Below are positions 63,647 to 64,000 of a stretch of DNA of 64,000 nt, piece after piece. The position numbers were made by a program, and so were the translations under genes. The first letter of the stretch is position 1. Each line of letters begins with the position of its first letter. Source of the stretch: Scyliorhinus canicula (Eukaryota); the NCBI RefSeq assembly GCF_902713615.1, contig NC_052164.1:16653360-16717359 (forward strand), written 5' to 3'. The notes beneath the pieces were generated by a model that saw nothing but the letters and a program-made list of their open reading frames with translations, made no database searches and was not told the DNA's origin.

Positions 63647-64000
63647 AACTAGGGGGCCATGAAACATCAGCTGGCTGAAAATTCTTGGTGATCGACCTTC
63701 AGTGATTGTTATCTCAATGTATTTGGTGGATGAATAAATGAGCATTAAATACATATAAAAGTAGTTACACTTGGCACGTGATAAAGTAACATTCAACTTT
63801 GTGCCAAGAATCAACAGATGTACCAAAAAGCTGAGCCAACCCAACTTCCAGAAAAAGGCAGTTGCAGAGAGGACAGCATACATACAATTGGTAAAACAAA
63901 AAAAGGACAGGGAAATCAGAAAACATTATTTAAGATAAAGAATCTGGCTGTGTACATCAAGAGTATATTCACATACCTATGGCCATAAATATTTCATTCA

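Overview
Eukaryotic DNA, most likely from a shark (elasmobranch), judged from its tRNA-derived HE1/V-type SINEs and its CR1, Rex1, Penelope and fish-type L1 repeats. The left 46 kb holds an expanded cluster of intronless small heat-shock protein genes (HSP30/HSPB9-like). Six copies are intact, two have a disrupted C-terminal tail, and one is an old pseudogene. The eight recent copies each carry a TATA box and a 5-unit heat-shock element. The genes are built as head-to-head palindromic pairs around a ~350-bp spacer, amplified in tandem and then reshaped by partner-gene deletions, a spacer inversion, gene conversion and an L1-associated 1.25-kb duplication. At the right end, in a frame the ORF track misses, is the last coding exon of RAB5C (minus strand, ...[10 protein letters not shown]...SQCCSN*). 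This places the cluster at the position of the mammalian KAT2A-HSPB9-RAB5C locus. The rest of the window is transposable-element debris: L1, CR1, Rex1, SINEs, solo LTRs, hAT/Charlie elements, a Harbinger-like MITE, and an 82-bp Penelope fragment with a hammerhead motif. All counts and identities are by eye; no database search was run.
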